Origin: Candidatus Poribacteria bacterium
Lineage (GTDB): Bacteria; Poribacteria; WGA-4E; PCPOR2b
Length of the DNA: 64,000 bases
Direction of reading: 5' to 3'
Assembly: GCA_965208325.1 (NCBI GenBank)
Contig: OZ242326.1
Span: forward strand, 128,001 to 192,000
The position numbers and the translations under genes are program-made. Positions 30,545 to 40,778 of this stretch are shown here, piece after piece (the first letter of the stretch is position 1; each line of letters begins with the position of its first letter). The notes beneath the pieces are model-generated. The model had not been told where the DNA came from. It ran no database searches and worked only from the letters and a program-made list of their open reading frames with translations.

Positions 30545-31261
30545 ATGGCGTTGATTACGATTATCGGACGCGGCCACTCCGGCACTCGCGCAATCTCACA
30601 GACATTGTATGCCAGCGGTGTGTATATGGGCAACACGCTAAACCCTTCCGGCGACAAGGTTCCGCCTGATGCCATGTACGATGCCTGCAGAGTGATGGGA
30701 AGCCGCGTTAAATGGAACGGCGGTTTATCATGGGACTTTACACCGCTGCATACCATGGAGATTGACAGTGAATTCAAAGACCTGATACATGCCTATCTAG
30801 CTGACGTGCTTCGCAATAAATCCGCGGATAAGGGTTGGAAAATACCCGAGACCACCTTGGTCTACCCGTGGATTGTACGAATGTTTCCTGACATCAAGTA
30901 TATTCATTGGATTCGCGATCCAAGAGACTGTATTCTTGGAAGCCACATCACGGACGACCTGCAACGGTTTGGAGTTGACTGCCCCGCAGCGAATGACGTC
31001 CGCAGACGCCGAGCCATCTCTTGGCAATACCAATATGAACTCGTGAAATCAACGCCTAAACCCAATAACTATATCCTCATCCGATTTGAGGATTTCATTC
31101 TTAAGCACGACGAAACAATCCAGTGTCTTGAGGACTTTTTGGGCATTCCATTAGCGAAAATAATTGTCAGGCGAGAATCAGTCGGCCGCTGGAAAACGGA
31201 TACGGGAGAGCACAATTTTGACTTCTTTAGCGAAGCGTTGGCAGCGCACTATTACGATTAA
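30545..31261 (+). CDS. sulfotransferase family protein
   Basis: GRGHSGT (5'-PSB loop), GWKIP, IRDPRD, RFEDF; ATG 30545 follows GAGG. Confidence 0.8.
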   Translation: MALITIIGRGHSGTRAISQTLYASGVYMGNTLNPSGDKVPPDAMYDACRVMGSRVKWNGGLSWDFTPLHTMEIDSEFKDLIHAYLADVLRNKSADKGWKIPETTLVYPWIVRMFPDIKYIHWIRDPRDCILGSHITDDLQRFGVDCPAANDVRRRRAISWQYQYELVKSTPKPNNYILIRFEDFILKHDETIQCLEDFLGIPLAKIIVRRESVGRWKTDTGEHNFDFFSEALAAHYYD

Positions 31262-31360
31262 AGGAAGCCGGCCTCCGCTCAATGGTTCACCGATTCATCA
31301 TTCCTTGCACCGCTCACAATTCATAATCCACAATACACCATGCAACTACCTAGTTTGCGC

Positions 31361-31389
31361 TTGACTGATCCGGTCTAGACGGATATAAT
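31361..31389 (+). promoter_or_regulatory. putative sigma70 promoter
   Basis: TTGACT-N17-TATAAT. Confidence 0.65.
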
Positions 31390-31518
31390 ATTTATTATTC
31401 TGCGCAACAGATATGAGGTTGGGTTATCATCAAAACCTCCGTGAAAAAGCTGCATTCTTTCCCCTCAAAACCTCATCCCTTCGCTCACTCCAGTACATTT
31501 TTTAAAGGCAGGTGATAT

Positions 31519-33459
31519 GTGAATCAATCCACGCCCACCAATAGCGGCACGACAAGCAGTGTTGCCCTGCGGGCGGTGGTAATCGGACTTATCTTCGTTG
31601 TTGCAAACGCCTATTGGGTTGGAAGAAATGATCTCATAACAGGGCCGAAGCACAATTACATGTCTCTGTTCAGCAATGCCGTTTTCACGTTTTTTGTATT
31701 GACGCTTGTAAACCTCCTGCTGCGGAAGTTGGCACGGCATTTTGCGTTATCGGACTCCGACCTCTTGGTCGTCTACATTATGGTTGTTATGATTACAACC
31801 GTTGCTGGGCACCAGACCATGAGCAAATTGGTCGGAACACTTGTCCACCCATACTGGTTTGCCACGGCAGAAAATGACTGGCGTAACCTCTTCTGGCGGT
31901 ATATTCCCGAGTGGTTTACGACAACAGACGAAAAAGCGTTAATCGGCTTTTTTCGCGGCGAGACCACGGTGTTCACTCCGCATTTCCTCAGCGTCTGGCT
32001 GAAACCCATCGTGTATTGGTCGGCTTTCACCTTTGTCCTTTTCTTCGTCCTCATCTGCATTAACACAATTATCCGCAGGCAGTTTACTGAGCATGAACGG
32101 CTCACCTATCCGATTACTTGGATGCCGCTAGAGATGGGGCGCGATCCTGTCGCCTTCCTAAAAAACAGGTTGATGTGGATAGGTTTTGGAATCGCAGCAG
32201 CAATTAGCTTGTTGAACGGGCTGAGCAATCTGTATCCCGCTCTGCCATCTGTTCCAGTTGGGTGGACGCGGTTCAACTTCAATGAGAAGCCGTGGAGTTA
32301 CATGGTCTATACGCGGATCTCATTTCAGCCTTTCGTTATCGGCCTATCGTTCTTCATGCCGCTCGACCTGGCCTTTTCTGCCTGGTTTTTTTACTTCCTT
32401 AAAAAGTTGACACAACTGCTCTTGGGCGCCACGATGGGTTGGCGGAATCTGTATCTTGATGAACAAGCCCAAGGCGCCTGGAACGCATTGGGGATTTTGG
32501 CGTTGTGGGTCGGACGTAGACACCTCAAACGCGTATTCACGCACGCTTTTACGGGAAAGGGAGGCATTGATGATTCAAAGGAACCCATGCGTTATCGGAC
32601 AGCTCTATTCGGAATCGCAGGAGGATTCCTGTTTTTTGTCTGGTTTGCGTTTAAGGCGGGTTTCTCGATTTGGGTGATGCTGATGTTTCTGGTGCTGTAC
32701 TTTTGCACGGCGATTGGCATCAGCAAAATTAGGGCTAGTCTCGGTGTAACTGTGCATGAATTGTTGTGGGTGGATCCCGGCAGAACCATGGTTACATCGT
32801 TGGGTACACGGACATTCGGCCCCCGTAACTTGACCATTCTCTCATTTCTGTACTGGCTTAATCGAGACCAGGCTGCCCATCCAATGCCAAGTCAGCTTGA
32901 AGCGTTTCGGATTGGTGAACAGGTCAATATGAACTCTCGCCGGTTATTCTGGGCGGTGATTATCACTTTTGCCGTCGGAATTCCCGCGACCTTTCTGATA
33001 TACTTCGACATTTTGTATCACCACGGAGCCGCGAATCCTGCAACGTCCTTCATCATGGGCGTCGGAAGGGAAGGCTTGGGCCAACGCCTTCAAACGTGGT
33101 TGACTTTCCCAACGGCAGGGGACTACGTGACCATGGGATTTATGGGGCTAGGCGCCATCCTCACCGGTTTTTTCTTAATAATGAAGATGCGGTTCCTTTG
33201 GTGGCCCTTCCATCCGGTAGGTTATGTGCTCGGCGTAAGCCCGGCGGAGATGGTCTACATCTGGGTTCCCGTCCTCATAAGTTGGTGGCTAAAATTCATC
33301 ATCCTCAGATACGGCGGTTTACGGGCGTATCGGAAAGCCATCCCGTTTTTTGCGGGGTTGATACTTGGGGATTATTCGATGGGCGGCATCTGGAGCATCA
33401 TTAGCGCCATAACTAAAATCACAACCTACAATATGGGGTGGCACCCTGTGTTAAACTGA
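31519..33459 (+). CDS. polytopic membrane protein, DUF6785/DUF6784-like putative transporter
   Basis: Many TM helices; ERLTYP, WWPFHPVGY, LRYGG, GLILGD motifs. Confidence 0.75.
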   Translation: MNQSTPTNSGTTSSVALRAVVIGLIFVVANAYWVGRNDLITGPKHNYMSLFSNAVFTFFVLTLVNLLLRKLARHFALSDSDLLVVYIMVVMITTVAGHQTMSKLVGTLVHPYWFATAENDWRNLFWRYIPEWFTTTDEKALIGFFRGETTVFTPHFLSVWLKPIVYWSAFTFVLFFVLICINTIIRRQFTEHERLTYPITWMPLEMGRDPVAFLKNRLMWIGFGIAAAISLLNGLSNLYPALPSVPVGWTRFNFNEKPWSYMVYTRISFQPFVIGLSFFMPLDLAFSAWFFYFLKKLTQLLLGATMGWRNLYLDEQAQGAWNALGILALWVGRRHLKRVFTHAFTGKGGIDDSKEPMRYRTALFGIAGGFLFFVWFAFKAGFSIWVMLMFLVLYFCTAIGISKIRASLGVTVHELLWVDPGRTMVTSLGTRTFGPRNLTILSFLYWLNRDQAAHPMPSQLEAFRIGEQVNMNSRRLFWAVIITFAVGIPATFLIYFDILYHHGAANPATSFIMGVGREGLGQRLQTWLTFPTAGDYVTMGFMGLGAILTGFFLIMKMRFLWWPFHPVGYVLGVSPAEMVYIWVPVLISWWLKFIILRYGGLRAYRKAIPFFAGLILGDYSMGGIWSIISAITKITTYNMGWHPVLN

Positions 33460-33557
33460 GGTTGTACCGCGCGATGATTTTCCTTAACTGCATCGCAGTG
33501 TACTCAAGCGTGAATGCCTGCACGCAAAACTAGTGATTTGAAGAAAGCTAAGGTAGT

Positions 33558-35252
33558 ATGAGTTCAGACAATGCTAAAGGGATAAAAAAAGGTTTAACAA
33601 ACTACGGCGACCCTGAGTTTAGTGTGTACATTCGGAAGGCGTTTTTTAAGGCGATGGGGTACGGCGACGAGGAGCTTGAACGGCCTATCGTCGGCATCAT
33701 CAACACCTTCAGCGGGTTTAACAGTTGCCACCACAATTTCGCCGACCTAATCGAAGCGGTCAAAAGAGGAGTGCTGTCCCAAGGCGGGCTGCCAATCGAA
33801 TTCCCGACTATTTCGCTCGGCGAGATGTTTACGGCGCCTACGACCATGATGTTTCGCAATTTGATGGCAATGGATACTGAAGAGATGATTCGCGCCCAGC
33901 CGATGGATGGCGTCGTCCTTTTGGGTGGTTGCGACAAGACTGTCCCCGCCCAATTGATGGGTGCAGCAAGCGTGGATATTCCTGCAATCTGTTTAGTCGC
34001 GGGACCGATGATAACAGGCGATTATCGCGGTGAACGACTCGGCGCATGCACCGATTGCCGCCGATTTTGGAGAGAATACCGCGCAGGCAACATAGATAAA
34101 GGGGATATTGATGAAATTGAAGGTCGGTTGTGTGCCAGCACCGGCACCTGCATGGTAATGGGAACGGCTAGCACCATGGCAGCCATGGCAGAAGCGCTCG
34201 GTTTCATGCTGCCCGGCGGCGCCGCGATTCCTGCAGTGATGGCAGAGCGGCGTCGGCAGGCGGAGAAGACGGGGAGAACCATCGTCTCAATGATACGAAA
34301 ACAACTGCGTCCGTCAAAAATTTTGACCCGGAAATCATTCGAGAACGCGCTCAGAGTCCTCATGGCGATTGGCGGTTCGACAAACGCGGTCATCCACCTC
34401 ACAGCCATTGCGAGGCGTTTGCACATTGAATTGAATCTCAACGATTTCAATCAAATCAGCGATGAAACGCCGGTATTGGTGAACGTCAGACCCAGCGGTC
34501 AATATTACATGGAAGATTTTTGGAAGGCGGGCGGCGTTCCGGTAGTCATGAAAGCGCTCGAAGATTTTCTAAACACAGACGCGCTCACCGCCTTAGGGTC
34601 AACTGTCGGCGAGAACTTGTCGGGCGTTCCTCAACCCCCGGCATGGCAGAACGCGATCTCGGCAATAGACAATCCCCTGTTCGGAACAGGTTCGCTCGTC
34701 TGCCTATTCGGCAACCTTGCACCAAACGGCGCGGTCATCAAACGATCGGCTGCTTCTCCTAATTTACTAACACATCAAGGTCCCGCTGTTGTCTTTAAGT
34801 CGCTTGAAGACCTGCACAACCGTATTGATTCCCCGGACTTAGAGGTCACGAAAGAGCACGTTATGGTGCTTCAGAATGCAGGTCCCATCGGGGGACCAGG
34901 CATGCCGGAAGCCGGTTACCTACCAATTCCGAAAAAACTCCTACAAACCGGCGTCAAAGATATGGTTCGCATCTCGGACGCTCGCATGAGTGGAACGGCA
35001 TTTGGTGCCGTGGTGCTGCACGTCTCTCCGGAAGCGGCTGTTGGAGGCGCATTGGCATTGGTGCAGGACGGCGACCTGATTGAACTCGATGTCCCCACTA
35101 AACGCCTAGAATTGCTGGTAAACGCCGAAGAATTGGCGGAACGCTGGGATAATCTCACCCTCCCAACTACCCATTTTGAGAGAGGTTATGGCAAACTCTT
35201 TATCGATCACGTCGAACAAGCCCACCTCGGTTGCGATTTCGATTTTCTTTAG
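33558..35252 (+). CDS. IlvD/Edd family dehydratase (likely sugar-acid dehydratase subgroup)
   Basis: GCDKTVP, CMVMGTASTM, GGSTNA, PGMPE, SDARMSGT. Confidence 0.92.
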   Translation: MSSDNAKGIKKGLTNYGDPEFSVYIRKAFFKAMGYGDEELERPIVGIINTFSGFNSCHHNFADLIEAVKRGVLSQGGLPIEFPTISLGEMFTAPTTMMFRNLMAMDTEEMIRAQPMDGVVLLGGCDKTVPAQLMGAASVDIPAICLVAGPMITGDYRGERLGACTDCRRFWREYRAGNIDKGDIDEIEGRLCASTGTCMVMGTASTMAAMAEALGFMLPGGAAIPAVMAERRRQAEKTGRTIVSMIRKQLRPSKILTRKSFENALRVLMAIGGSTNAVIHLTAIARRLHIELNLNDFNQISDETPVLVNVRPSGQYYMEDFWKAGGVPVVMKALEDFLNTDALTALGSTVGENLSGVPQPPAWQNAISAIDNPLFGTGSLVCLFGNLAPNGAVIKRSAASPNLLTHQGPAVVFKSLEDLHNRIDSPDLEVTKEHVMVLQNAGPIGGPGMPEAGYLPIPKKLLQTGVKDMVRISDARMSGTAFGAVVLHVSPEAAVGGALALVQDGDLIELDVPTKRLELLVNAEELAERWDNLTLPTTHFERGYGKLFIDHVEQAHLGCDFDFL

Positions 35253-35442
35253 TGCTGCGTAAGTTGGTAATCTGCATTCGGGACGATTCGGTGTAACATC
35301 CACGATCAATTTCTTAATCGTCGTGGGACTTTATAGTCATTGCAATCAAATAATTATACATTTACGCATTGGTTTGTTGGAGAGGCTTCTTAGCCTCAAT
35401 TATCAATCAGTCGATCCCTCCATGTGTAAATATGGACCTAAA

Positions 35443-35823
35443 TCACTGTAACTTGTACCGGTTCGTCTCGGGTTGCCAGTCTTGAATTAACCTTGTCTCC
35501 AATTCTAGCGTGTCCGTTTCTCCTGCTGTGGATACCGCCGAAAACTCGACGATATCGCGAAACATGTGAAGTTGCCGCCGAAGTTTTGGATTGTCTTCGT
35601 CGGAAAGATGCTGCAGCAGGCACCTGCGAACGCACGTAGTTGATTGACCGACGTAAAGGCGTTCCGGCGCATCCTCGGTGCAGGTCGGCAGCCACAACGC
35701 GTATAGACCGCATCTATCCTTCGGCAGTTGCAACACCTCAGTGCGTGTAAATGGCCGACGCTAGTTCTCTACCCGGTACTTCACAGAGAATGGGTTGGGG
35801 TAGTCGTGTGGTGTATTGGACAT
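35443..35823 (-). pseudogene. GIY-YIG nuclease family gene with in-frame TAG
   Basis: ATG 35823 MSNTPHDYPNPFSVKYRVEN-TAG(35761-35763)-RRPFTRTEVLQLPKDRCGLY..LYVGQS..LETRLI..QPETN. Confidence 0.6.
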
Positions 35824-36107
35824 GGGGTGTCAAATAGGGTGCCTCAAATACCGAACAGCGATTGTTGCAACCGCTAAGCTAATATGTATAATTTTTGCTG
35901 ATTTTTATACATATAATATGTGATATGTATAAAACGTATACATATTGATGAGAGAAAACGAGTCTTTTGGAAAAACGCGGATTCTTTAAGGCGGCGCTAC
36001 GTTAGAAAATTGAGTTGTTCCCTGTCGTCCATCGCGGTGCGGATGTTACCCCATTCCGTAACGAGGTTATTGAAGATAACCGCGTTCTCCGAATCGCCCG
36101 GAAGGCA

Positions 36108-36200
36108 GTAGGCATACGCCGTATGCCGTAACCTTGGTTCAGAAGGCGCGAACGGCGTCAAAGCAAAATGTGCAAGTTATGCCGCACGGCGTATACCTAT
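36108..36200. repeat. REP-like inverted doublet
   Basis: GTAGGCATACGCCGTATGCCGTAAC (36108-36132) and a 19/25 inverted copy (36176-36200). Confidence 0.65.
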
Positions 36201-36339
36201 TACTTCCCCTTGCGCGTTCAATCGCATAAAGCCTAATTGAGGCTATATAGTAGCACAGACGACGGCCAAAATCTGCCAGTTTGTGGTGATTGCCCAGCTT
36301 GCCCTGATAAAAATATCGTTGTGAGCGAATCCCAAAATT

Positions 36340-37341
36340 GTGTTGACAAAGCCCATCTACATAGTTATAATGGGGATATTCGTAAGTTTACAGAGGAGAG
36401 CAGACTTGCCAGCGTACAAGCGATTCGTTGTTGCTGTTATTCTATGTACGACGTTACAGCCGTGGAACGTCGCCATTGGAGCGGACATACACCCGAACGC
36501 CGGTACAAGAGCCATGCCGTTTCTGAAAATCGGCATTGGGGCGCGAGCTATCGGCATGGGGGAATCCCAAGTTGCCGACGCAAGTGATCTCTACGCCTCC
36601 TATTGGAATCCGGCAGGCCTCGCTCGCGTTAAACGACCGCAGCTAGGCTTGATGCACAATGAATGGTTTGAAGGCATTAACCACGAGTTCTTTGGGTTTG
36701 TCCAACCCATTGGTGATGCGGGCGCGTTCGGCGGCAGTGCAATCTTTCTCGATTTTGGCGAACTGCAAGGGCGTGACGCCAGCGGCAACGAAACGAAAAA
36801 GTTCCGTCCCTACGATCTCGCGCTCGTTCTCTCCTATGCCCGCCAGTTCGCATCTGCGTTCTCGGTCGGCGTCAATGGAAAATGGATTCGGGAGCAAATC
36901 GACGACACAAACGCCCAAGTCATCGCATTCGACGTGGGGGGATTATATACCGTACCCAAAAGACCTCTCACCTTCGGGTTGAACATTCAACACCTCGGCG
37001 GCAAAGTGAAGTTTGTCGAGGAATCCTTTAATCTGCCGGTCAATATAAAGGTGGGTGCGGCTTATAAATTGCTCGACGATGCGTTCACCGTTGCCGCTGA
37101 TGTGAATCGCCCCTCTGACAATGATATCACGGTCGGATTCGGAACTGCACTCACGGTATCTCAACTGCTTCATCTGCGCACCGGTTACAAACACACCGTC
37201 GGTGGCAACGACTTGGGAGTTTCGTCGGGAATTACCGCTGGCATTGGATTTAGTATTGAGGGATTCCAGCTTGATTACGCCTTTGTCTCATACGGAAACC
37301 TCGGACCAACCCATCAATTTTCGCTCATCTTAAATTTTTAA
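36340..37341 (+). CDS. PorV/PorQ family outer-membrane beta-barrel protein (start uncertain)
   Basis: FLKIGIGARAIGMG, YWNPAGLA, LDYAF..YGNLG..HQFSL. Confidence 0.8.
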   Translation: MLTKPIYIVIMGIFVSLQRRADLPAYKRFVVAVILCTTLQPWNVAIGADIHPNAGTRAMPFLKIGIGARAIGMGESQVADASDLYASYWNPAGLARVKRPQLGLMHNEWFEGINHEFFGFVQPIGDAGAFGGSAIFLDFGELQGRDASGNETKKFRPYDLALVLSYARQFASAFSVGVNGKWIREQIDDTNAQVIAFDVGGLYTVPKRPLTFGLNIQHLGGKVKFVEESFNLPVNIKVGAAYKLLDDAFTVAADVNRPSDNDITVGFGTALTVSQLLHLRTGYKHTVGGNDLGVSSGITAGIGFSIEGFQLDYAFVSYGNLGPTHQFSLILNF

Positions 37342-37488
37342 GGATGCGGCACACCCAGTTTTCAGATATTACGCCCAACTGTCACCCATCGTCTGAATTT
37401 TGTAGTCACATCCATCCGGCGCTGTCTATGAAATTCACACTAGCAATGTGCTAAGTGACGAGTCTCCGCGCTAACTGAAAGACAGACA

Positions 37489-38319
37489 GTGTATCCAACC
37501 ATCATTGATCTCGGATCAATCCCGATCGGACCAATTAACATTCCGCTGGCGATACATAGCTACGGGTTAATGTTGGCGGCAGCATTCCTGACGGTGATGT
37601 TCGTCACACAGCGGGAATTAGCGCGCAAACAACTCGATCCGCAATTGGCGTCATCAGTTGTCTTTGCCAGCGCCGTCGGCGGTATCATCGGCGCAAAACT
37701 CTACGCGGCGTTTGAGGATGGCAGTTTCTCCGTCAATGAACTGTTTTCGACTAGCGGGCTAGTTTGGTACGGCGGGATGATGGGCGGCGCTGCGGCTGCA
37801 TTTTTCGTCCTGCATCGTTCTACGAGTCCGACGCTTCCAGTGCTTGATGCATTCGCCCCTCTGTTTCTGCTTGGACATGGAATCGGGCGAATCGGCTGTT
37901 TTCTCGCCGGGGATGGCGATTACGGAGGGCCATCTGACCTGCCGTGGGCGATGGCGTTCCCGAATGGCACTGTGCCGATTGATGTACCGGTTCACCCAAC
38001 GCCGCTTTATGAAACCGGGATGTTGTGCATCGGCTTTGGCCTGCTGTGGAGGCTCCGCAAACGGAAGGAACAGACACCAGGCTGGTTGACAGGCGGTTAT
38101 CTCATCTTGGCGGGGGGCGAACGCTTCATAGCGGAATTTTGGCGACTCAATCCGCCGGGTCTTTTCGGGTTGTCCACGCCCCAAATCTTCGGTCTTGTGA
38201 GCGCCGGTATTGGCGGGTGCCTCATTTACTGGGTCACGCACCGATCCAGCCCTGCTGAGGCAGAGGACCTCCCAACCCCTAACCCGCCGCGAAGAAAACA
38301 GACGAGGCGCAGATCCTAA
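37489..38319 (+). CDS. lgt: prolipoprotein diacylglyceryl transferase
   Basis: SYGLM, GLVWYGG, GRIGCF, HPTPLYE, RFIAEF. Confidence 0.92.
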   Translation: MYPTIIDLGSIPIGPINIPLAIHSYGLMLAAAFLTVMFVTQRELARKQLDPQLASSVVFASAVGGIIGAKLYAAFEDGSFSVNELFSTSGLVWYGGMMGGAAAAFFVLHRSTSPTLPVLDAFAPLFLLGHGIGRIGCFLAGDGDYGGPSDLPWAMAFPNGTVPIDVPVHPTPLYETGMLCIGFGLLWRLRKRKEQTPGWLTGGYLILAGGERFIAEFWRLNPPGLFGLSTPQIFGLVSAGIGGCLIYWVTHRSSPAEAEDLPTPNPPRRKQTRRRS

Positions 38320-38334
38320 GAAAGCATCGCCGGC

Positions 38335-39597
38335 CTAAGTTCGCACCTGCCCGTTTCCGTAGATGATGTACTTGTAGCTCGTCAACCCTTCAAGCCCCAT
38401 TGGGCCGCGGCAGTGCAGCTTCTGGGTGCTAATGCCGACCTCCGCACCGAGACCAAACTCATAACCGTCGGTGAACGCGGTGCTCGCGTTGACGTAGACG
38501 GCAGCTGAATCAACCTGCTTGAGGAATTGTTGCGCCGCGGCATAGTTTTCCGTGACAATCGAGTCTGAATGATGCGAACCGTAGGTTTCGATGTGTTGTA
38601 CAGCTTCGTCAAAGTTCGATACGATTCTGATTGACAAGATTGTATCGAGGTATTCTGTACGCCAATCATCCTCGGTCGCAGGAACCACGTCGGGACTCAC
38701 CCGCTGCGTCTTTTCACAGCCGCGAAGTTCCACGCCTTCGGCCGTAAACTTTTCGAACATTGGCGGGAGGAACTGCGGAGCGATTCGCTCGTGGACCAGC
38801 AGCGTTTCCATCGTGTTGCAGACAGCCACCTTGTATCCGACCTTTGCGTTGAAACAGATCTGCTCCGCCATGTCGGGATCAGCGGCTTCATCTACATAGA
38901 CGTGGCAGACGCCGTCCGCATGTCCGAGCACGGGAATCTCCGACTCCCGCATGAGAGAGCGCACCAACTCATAACTTCCGCGCGGAACTATTAGATCGAT
39001 GTGCTCCGGCAGCGCAATCATCTCTCGCACCGCCTGCCGATCGGTAATGCCGACAAACTGGATGACGTCTTTGATGCCTTCCCTTTCGGCGGTCTCGCTT
39101 AATATGTTGGCTAGCGTCGTGTTTGAACGAATGGCTTCCGAGCCCCCGCGCAAAATTACGCCATTGCCGGATTTGACACACAAGGCTGACACCTCGATGG
39201 TGACGTCCGGACGCGACTCGTAGATTACGCCAACAACGCCGATCGGTACACGGACGGTCCCAATTCGCAGCCCATTAGGGCGTTCCCACATGCGCGTCAT
39301 TTCGCCGATCGGGTCGGTCAGCCCGGCAACCTGCCTCAAATTATCCGCCATTCTTGCAATCTTCTTTTCGTCCACAAGCAGCCGCTTCATCAGCGGCTCT
39401 ACGAGTCCAGTCTTTTGCCCCTCCTCCAAGTCAATCTGATTGGCTTCTAAGATTTTATCTTTGAACGCTAAAATGCTATCCGCCATTGCCAACAGTGCGC
39501 TATTGCGCACATCAACAGAAGTGTTTGACAGGCGGCGCATGGCATTACTAGCAGATTCCGCTTTCGACTGGATCATTTCCTGAACCGTCTGACCCAT
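38335..39597 (-). CDS. proA: gamma-glutamyl phosphate reductase
   Basis: IYESRP, VYVNASTAFTDG, GISTQKLHCRGPMGL; ATG 39597 follows AGGAG. Confidence 0.96.
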   Translation of the reverse strand: MGQTVQEMIQSKAESASNAMRRLSNTSVDVRNSALLAMADSILAFKDKILEANQIDLEEGQKTGLVEPLMKRLLVDEKKIARMADNLRQVAGLTDPIGEMTRMWERPNGLRIGTVRVPIGVVGVIYESRPDVTIEVSALCVKSGNGVILRGGSEAIRSNTTLANILSETAEREGIKDVIQFVGITDRQAVREMIALPEHIDLIVPRGSYELVRSLMRESEIPVLGHADGVCHVYVDEAADPDMAEQICFNAKVGYKVAVCNTMETLLVHERIAPQFLPPMFEKFTAEGVELRGCEKTQRVSPDVVPATEDDWRTEYLDTILSIRIVSNFDEAVQHIETYGSHHSDSIVTENYAAAQQFLKQVDSAAVYVNASTAFTDGYEFGLGAEVGISTQKLHCRGPMGLEGLTSYKYIIYGNGQVRT

Positions 39598-39611
39598 GAA
39601 ATTTTCTCCTT

Positions 39612-40778
39612 TCACGGTTCCTTTATCAAAACCAGGTTATCTCGATGAATCACCTCGTCATAGTGGTGATAGCCTAGAATCTTTTTTATTTCACTGGTGT
39701 GTTTACCCATTATTTGGGAAACTTCTAGCTTATTATAATTCGCAAGCCCTCTAGCAAATTCATTCCCGTTTTCATCGTAGCAGGAAAGGGTGTCGCCGTA
39801 CTCAAAATCACCTTCTACGCGGCGCAAACCGGATGGAAGCAGACTCTTGTCGCGGTGGATTAGCGCGTCGCGGGCACCGTTATCGACGTACAGCGTTCCT
39901 CTGGGCAGGCGTGAATAAGCAATCCACCGTTTGCGGGCAGATATCCGCTGTTGCGGCAGAAACAGCGTGCCAATCTCCTCTCCAGCGAGAATACGACTGA
40001 CCACTGCGGGCTGGTTTCCGTTCGCAAGCACCAGAATTTCCCCAGATCCTGTCACAATTTCTGCAGCTCGCAGTTTCGTAATCATTCCGCCGGTGCCGTC
40101 ACTGCTGCCCGCCCCGCCGGCAGAGCGCTGGAGCGTCTCCGTGATCGCTGGCACAACGCTGATAAACTCGGCGTTGGAATTTTTGCGGGGATCTTGCGTG
40201 TGAAAACCGTCCTGATCCGATAGAATTATGAGCAACTCAGCCTCCGCGAGATTGGTCACTTGGGCTGACAGCGTGTCATTGTCGCCAAACTTAATTTCTT
40301 CTACAGCAACGGAATCGTTTTCGTTGATAATTGGGATTGCGTTAAGTTGAAGCAGGGCACCCAGGGCGTCGCTTATGTGCGTGTAGCGCTCACGGTAACT
40401 AAAGTCGTCCTGAGTCAGCAGCATCATCGCTGTGATTATGCCGTGCCGTCGAAACCGTTGTTCATAAGCGCGCATCAGGTGGTACTGTCCAACCGCCGCG
40501 GCCGCCTGTAAATTCGGAATCGTTTGCGGCCGCTGCCGGAAAAGCTTTCCCGTGCCCGCGGCGATTGCCCCCGAAGACACGAGGATAATCTCTATCCCCT
40601 GCTGTTTCACCGATGCGAGATCGTCTACGAGGACATTAATGCGGCTCGGATTGAGAATGTAATTCTGGGAGATGACTCTGCTGCCAACTTTCACTACCAC
40701 CCGTTTGACGCGGGACAACAATTGACGCCTTTCAATCAGCGTCGCCCCCGTCGGGGCTGTATGTAAATTCGAATTCAT
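39612..40778 (-). CDS. proB: glutamate 5-kinase (start uncertain, overlaps obgE end)
   Basis: VVKVGS, INEND, FGDNDTL, GTGGMITK, PUA domain ending IHRDNL. Confidence 0.96.
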   Translation of the reverse strand: MNSNLHTAPTGATLIERRQLLSRVKRVVVKVGSRVISQNYILNPSRINVLVDDLASVKQQGIEIILVSSGAIAAGTGKLFRQRPQTIPNLQAAAAVGQYHLMRAYEQRFRRHGIITAMMLLTQDDFSYRERYTHISDALGALLQLNAIPIINENDSVAVEEIKFGDNDTLSAQVTNLAEAELLIILSDQDGFHTQDPRKNSNAEFISVVPAITETLQRSAGGAGSSDGTGGMITKLRAAEIVTGSGEILVLANGNQPAVVSRILAGEEIGTLFLPQQRISARKRWIAYSRLPRGTLYVDNGARDALIHRDKSLLPSGLRRVEGDFEYGDTLSCYDENGNEFARGLANYNKLEVSQIMGKHTSEIKKILGYHHYDEVIHRDNLVLIKEP

